DNA of 64,000 nt, from positions 124,863-188,862 of the forward strand of contig CBDDBY010000002.1 in the NCBI GenBank assembly GCA_965225925.1. The letters run 5' to 3'. This stretch comes from Dehalococcoidia bacterium (GTDB lineage: Bacteria; Chloroflexota; Dehalococcoidia; Lucifugimonadales; JAGWBF01). Both the position numbers and the translations under genes were made by a program. The notes under the pieces were generated by a model. That model made no database searches and was not told where the DNA came from. It saw only the letters and a program-made list of their open reading frames with translations. Positions 61,167-64,000 of this stretch are shown one piece after another (the first letter of the stretch is position 1; every line of letters begins with the position of its first letter).

Positions 61167-61822
61167 TTCTTCCACCTTGTTGCAGACTGAGGCCCAACCC
61201 AAACACTGAGTGTGTCCCTATATTTCAGGAGAAGAGTTCCAATCTCCCTGCCTACCAAATCGAAGTAGTTCCCGTTACTTTCCCCTGTGAAGTATTCGTG
61301 GCTTTTCAGGAAGTGACGTCTGGCAATGCTTACGTGCAAGAGAGGGAAGACGTTAACTTCTCGTGGATTGCAATTCTGGACGCTTTGTCCGAACTCCGCA
61401 CCTAACCTCTTTGTCGTCCAATAACGGGAGCTCCTCCTCGGTTCCTTTATGAGGCTTCTCCTCGCGAACTCGAATGCGAAAGCGCCAAACGTAAATACCA
61501 GCGTCGGCGCGTATGTCTCTATCAGCTTGCCGAGGTCATCCGTCTCTTCCGAAAGCTTAGAGTCCCACTCCATATCACTGTCGAGCGGCTTATCTTCTCG
61601 GTTATGGACTGCATTTCTGACGTACAGCTGAGAGACATCCACCCTTCGGCGATCGCCAAGGAAAACTTGTTCTTGGATTCTTTCAAGAACCGGCGTCCAA
61701 ATGTTATGGCGCGCCGGATGTCTGGAATCCAGCGGCTCGTCCAGATATTCCCCCCATTGTGGGGGGCTGGAATCTCCTATCAACCAGATTGACGAGTTCT
61801 TGTTCCCCGATTCTCGCAGCAC
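61163..61822 (-). CDS. Uracil-DNA-glycosylase-superfamily fold protein (divergent)
   Basis: The order of UDG landmarks is conserved: WLIGDSSPP (vs GEAPG), LYVRNAV (vs N-V-V), PTLVFTFGAFAF (vs vvaLG), FPLLHVS (vs HPS). GTG start. AT-richer region. Confidence 0.45.
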   Translation of the reverse strand: MLRESGNKNSSIWLIGDSSPPQWGEYLDEPLDSRHPARHNIWTPVLERIQEQVFLGDRRRVDVSQLYVRNAVHNREDKPLDSDMEWDSKLSEETDDLGKLIETYAPTLVFTFGAFAFEFARRSLIKEPRRSSRYWTTKRLGAEFGQSVQNCNPREVNVFPLLHVSIARRHFLKSHEYFTGESNGNYFDLVGREIGTLLLKYRDTLSVWVGPQSATRWKK

Positions 61823-62032
61823 AGGTCACCTCTCTGTGTCAAATTGCTTCCGGCCAATGTCGTTGGGATACGAATGGGACATAATTAGCTTGCCTGATCA
61901 ACAGTCTGAACGCAACACGGTTCAGGTCTCCGAGAAGACTCCAAGCTGTTGTAGTAACTAGGGACAGCGACGACTCACGACCTCTTTGCCTCGATTCGCT
62001 GGCCGGCTCCGGTAATCCCCAGCTTACGCTCC

Positions 62033-63240
62033 TCACGGCGAAGCCTCCGACGCTATCGAGCCGCGCAGCTCCATCGCCTGCCTCGTCCGGTCAAGCTCCG
62101 CCGCCAGGACCGTCTCGTCGGGCAGGGCGATCCGGTACTCCGCGGCCATCACGTTGCTCGACAGCCCCTCAAGGGCGTACCGGGCGAGGGCCTCGTCCTT
62201 CTCCGAGCAGAGGATCAGGCCGACGGGCGGGTTCTCGCCCTCGCGCATCCAGTGCTCCCGCGCATAGTTCAGGTAGAAGTGCATCTGCCCGGCGTCGGCG
62301 TGGGTGAACGCCCCGATCTTCAGGTCGATGACCACGAGGCATCTCAGGCTCCGGTGGTAGAACAGCAGGTCCACCCGGTACCACCGGTCGCCGACGCGCA
62401 GCCGCCTCTGCCTGCCCAGGAAGCAGAAGTCGTCCCCCAACTCCAGGAGGAAGGTCTCCAGGTGGCGGATGAGCGCATCTTCAAGGTCGCTCTCGGAGAA
62501 CTCGTCCTTGAGGTCGAGAACTCCAGGACGAAGGGGTCCTTGATCTGTTCGCCGGGGAGTGCGCGATCTTCGGGACGCTCCTGCTGTCCGCCCGTCAGCA
62601 TGGCGGCCCTGTTCTTCGAGATGGCCGTCCTCTCGTAGAATTGGGAGCCTATCTGCCGGTCGAGCTGGCGGACCGACCAGCCGCCTCGCAGCGCCTCGGT
62701 CTCGTAGAAGTCGCGGGCGCTCTCGTTCCTGACCGACAGCAGCCGCACGTAGGCGGACCAGGGCAGCGGGAAGGCCGTGAGAAGGTCGTCGAAGCCCATC
62801 TCGATGGAGGGGGAATCGAATTTTCCAGACGGCGTCTGGAGAATCTGTCGTGGGGGTGGAGCCGATTTTCCAGACAGTGTCTGGAGAATCCGGTCGGGCT
62901 GATATGAGAGGTAGAACAGACGCATGTTGTAGATGTTCTGAAGGGAGAAACTGCGTCCGAACCGCCCCGTCAGGTCCTCGGCCAGCCTTTCGATCAGCGC
63001 CGCTCCGTACTCGGCCCGCTCCTCTCCCAACTGCTCGAACTCGACGATGCGCCGCCCGATAAGCCAGTACGCCGCGGTCATGGCGGCGTTCACCGAGCGG
63101 GCGGCCGACTCCCTGGCCGCGTCGATGATCTTCGACACGTCCCCGAAGACGGCCCGGTACGGAGCGTCGAGCCCGCCGGTCGTCGCCGTCTTCTCCACGA
63201 GTCGTTGCTCCGGTTTCTCCGGGTTGGAGGGGAGGCCCAT
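62033..63240 (-). pseudogene. YhcG/DUF1016-family PDDEXK nuclease with a 1-nt frameshift
   Basis: The N-terminal DUF1016 region (AAYWLIGRRIVEFEQ...NIYNMRLFYLSY...LPWSAYVRLLSV) ends at IKDPFVLEF. The nuclease core (FLGRQRRLRVGDRWYRVDLLFYHRSLRCLVVIDLKIG) continues in another frame. The junction GAGTTC-TCGACC near 62510 appears to lack one C. Confidence 0.8.
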
Positions 63241-63458
63241 CAGCGTTCCTCCTCGACTTCGTCGTCCGGCTGCGGGTCCGTCCCGGGACGAGGCGGGTCG
63301 TCCTGGGCCAGCTCGACCAGGATGGTGAAGAGGCGGCGCAGCCGCTCCTGGGCGTCGGGCGCGGGGTTGACGTCGATGCCGACGACCCTCAGCTCCGGCT
63401 CGTCCCTGGCGGGCCTCCGCCGTCTCTTCGGTTGGTTCTTTCCGGTGGTATCTTTCAT
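63240..63458 (-). CDS. Hypothetical small charged protein
   Basis: 72-aa ORF whose stop overlaps the YhcG start (ATGA-type junction). Arg/Pro/Asp/Glu-rich. No family recognised. Confidence 0.3.
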   Translation of the reverse strand: MKDTTGKNQPKRRRRPARDEPELRVVGIDVNPAPDAQERLRRLFTILVELAQDDPPRPGTDPQPDDEVEEER

Positions 63459-63567
63459 GTTGCGCAGTCGCAGCGGCGAATCGGTTGGGCCGCCGGCCTC
63501 TCGTTACAGGTCTGTGACGGGCCGCCCGCGCCGACGGAAAGGGGCGAGCGCGGGCGACGTCAGCTCC

Positions 63568-63609
63568 GGCCCCGCCGCGCCGCCGTTGCGCGGTGCGCCC
63601 GGCGGGGCC
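63568..63609. repeat. GC-rich hairpin (perfect 10-bp stem) just downstream of the HTH gene
   Basis: GGCCCCGCCG-(22 nt)-CGGCGGGGCC. Confidence 0.4.
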
Positions 63610-63615
63610 TTTGGT

Positions 63616-63942
63616 CTAGCTCTCCTCTCCGAAGAAGGTCATCTGGAAGCCCTCGCCCAGGAGGATCTCCAGACCTCCGGGTATCCCGGAGGCGAAGCGG
63701 GCTATGGAGAGCATGGCTCCCCCGCAGGGCTCGACGCTCTTCTTGCGCCACATGCGCAGCTGCTTGGGGTCCACGCCGAGGGCCTTGGCGAAGCCGCGCC
63801 AGGAGAGGCCGCTGGCCTCCTTCAGGCGTTCGAGGCGCTGGCCGAAGTCCTCCGGCAGGACGCCGCTTTCCAGGGGCTGGGTCCCGTCCGCTTCGTCGTT
63901 GTCGTGCCCGTCGAAACGGGTCGAGTTGTCAGTGTTGTTCAT
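63616..63942 (-). CDS. Helix-turn-helix DNA-binding protein (XRE/phage-regulator-like)
   Basis: FGQRLERLKEASGLSWRGFAKALGVDPKQLRMWRKK has an HTH pattern, preceded by an acidic N-terminal tail. Confidence 0.55.
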   Translation of the reverse strand: MNNTDNSTRFDGHDNDEADGTQPLESGVLPEDFGQRLERLKEASGLSWRGFAKALGVDPKQLRMWRKKSVEPCGGAMLSIARFASGIPGGLEILLGEGFQMTFFGEES

Positions 63943-64000
63943 CTCTCTCCTCCAATCTGAATAGGTCTTGGAACTCTGTTACTTCCAGGGCCTTGAGCAT
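63929..64000 (-). CDS. 3' end of an ORF entering from beyond the window edge
   Basis: Open frame from base 64000 to the TGA at 63929-63931. Overlaps the HTH gene start by 14 nt. Confidence 0.25.
   Translation of the reverse strand: MLKALEVTEFQDLFRLEERDEQH

Overview
High-GC (by eye about 60%) bacterial chromosomal segment. The gene content and the REP-like palindromes are reminiscent of Chloroflexota-type genomes, but taxonomy cannot be proven from this window. Bases 1-49600 are core genome: recF (partial), etfBA, gyrA, folB, folK-folP, an acyl-CoA carboxyltransferase, rpsO-pnp, dapB-asd-dapA, purA, prs, secA, polX, valS and assorted metabolic genes. A nest of IS elements (IS1380 fragment, IS1182-family, full IS1380-family) at 49623-53091 marks the transition into a visibly more AT-rich accessory island (53092-64000). 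The island is a graveyard of mobile and defence-type genes. It holds a CoiA-like nuclease split by an IS3 element, an intact VapBC pair, AbiEi and PD-(D/E)XK remnants, and an SNF2-helicase 3' fragment abutting a decayed large serine recombinase. It also holds a UDG-fold protein translationally coupled to a tiny Cys/His protein, a frameshifted YhcG nuclease and an HTH protein. The most unusual observations are: (1) many otherwise well-conserved genes are interrupted by single in-frame TAG/TAA codons or homopolymer frameshifts, while large housekeeping genes are intact; (2) a 367-aa protein is built from 13 exact 22-residue repeats and sits in the etfBA operon; (3) a divergent 769-aa PEPCK-fold protein lies next to a GreA homologue carrying an integrase-type N-terminal domain; (4) a ~40-nt palindromic element is reiterated between cistrons of a small cupin operon. 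No rRNA, tRNA or CRISPR array was found by eye.
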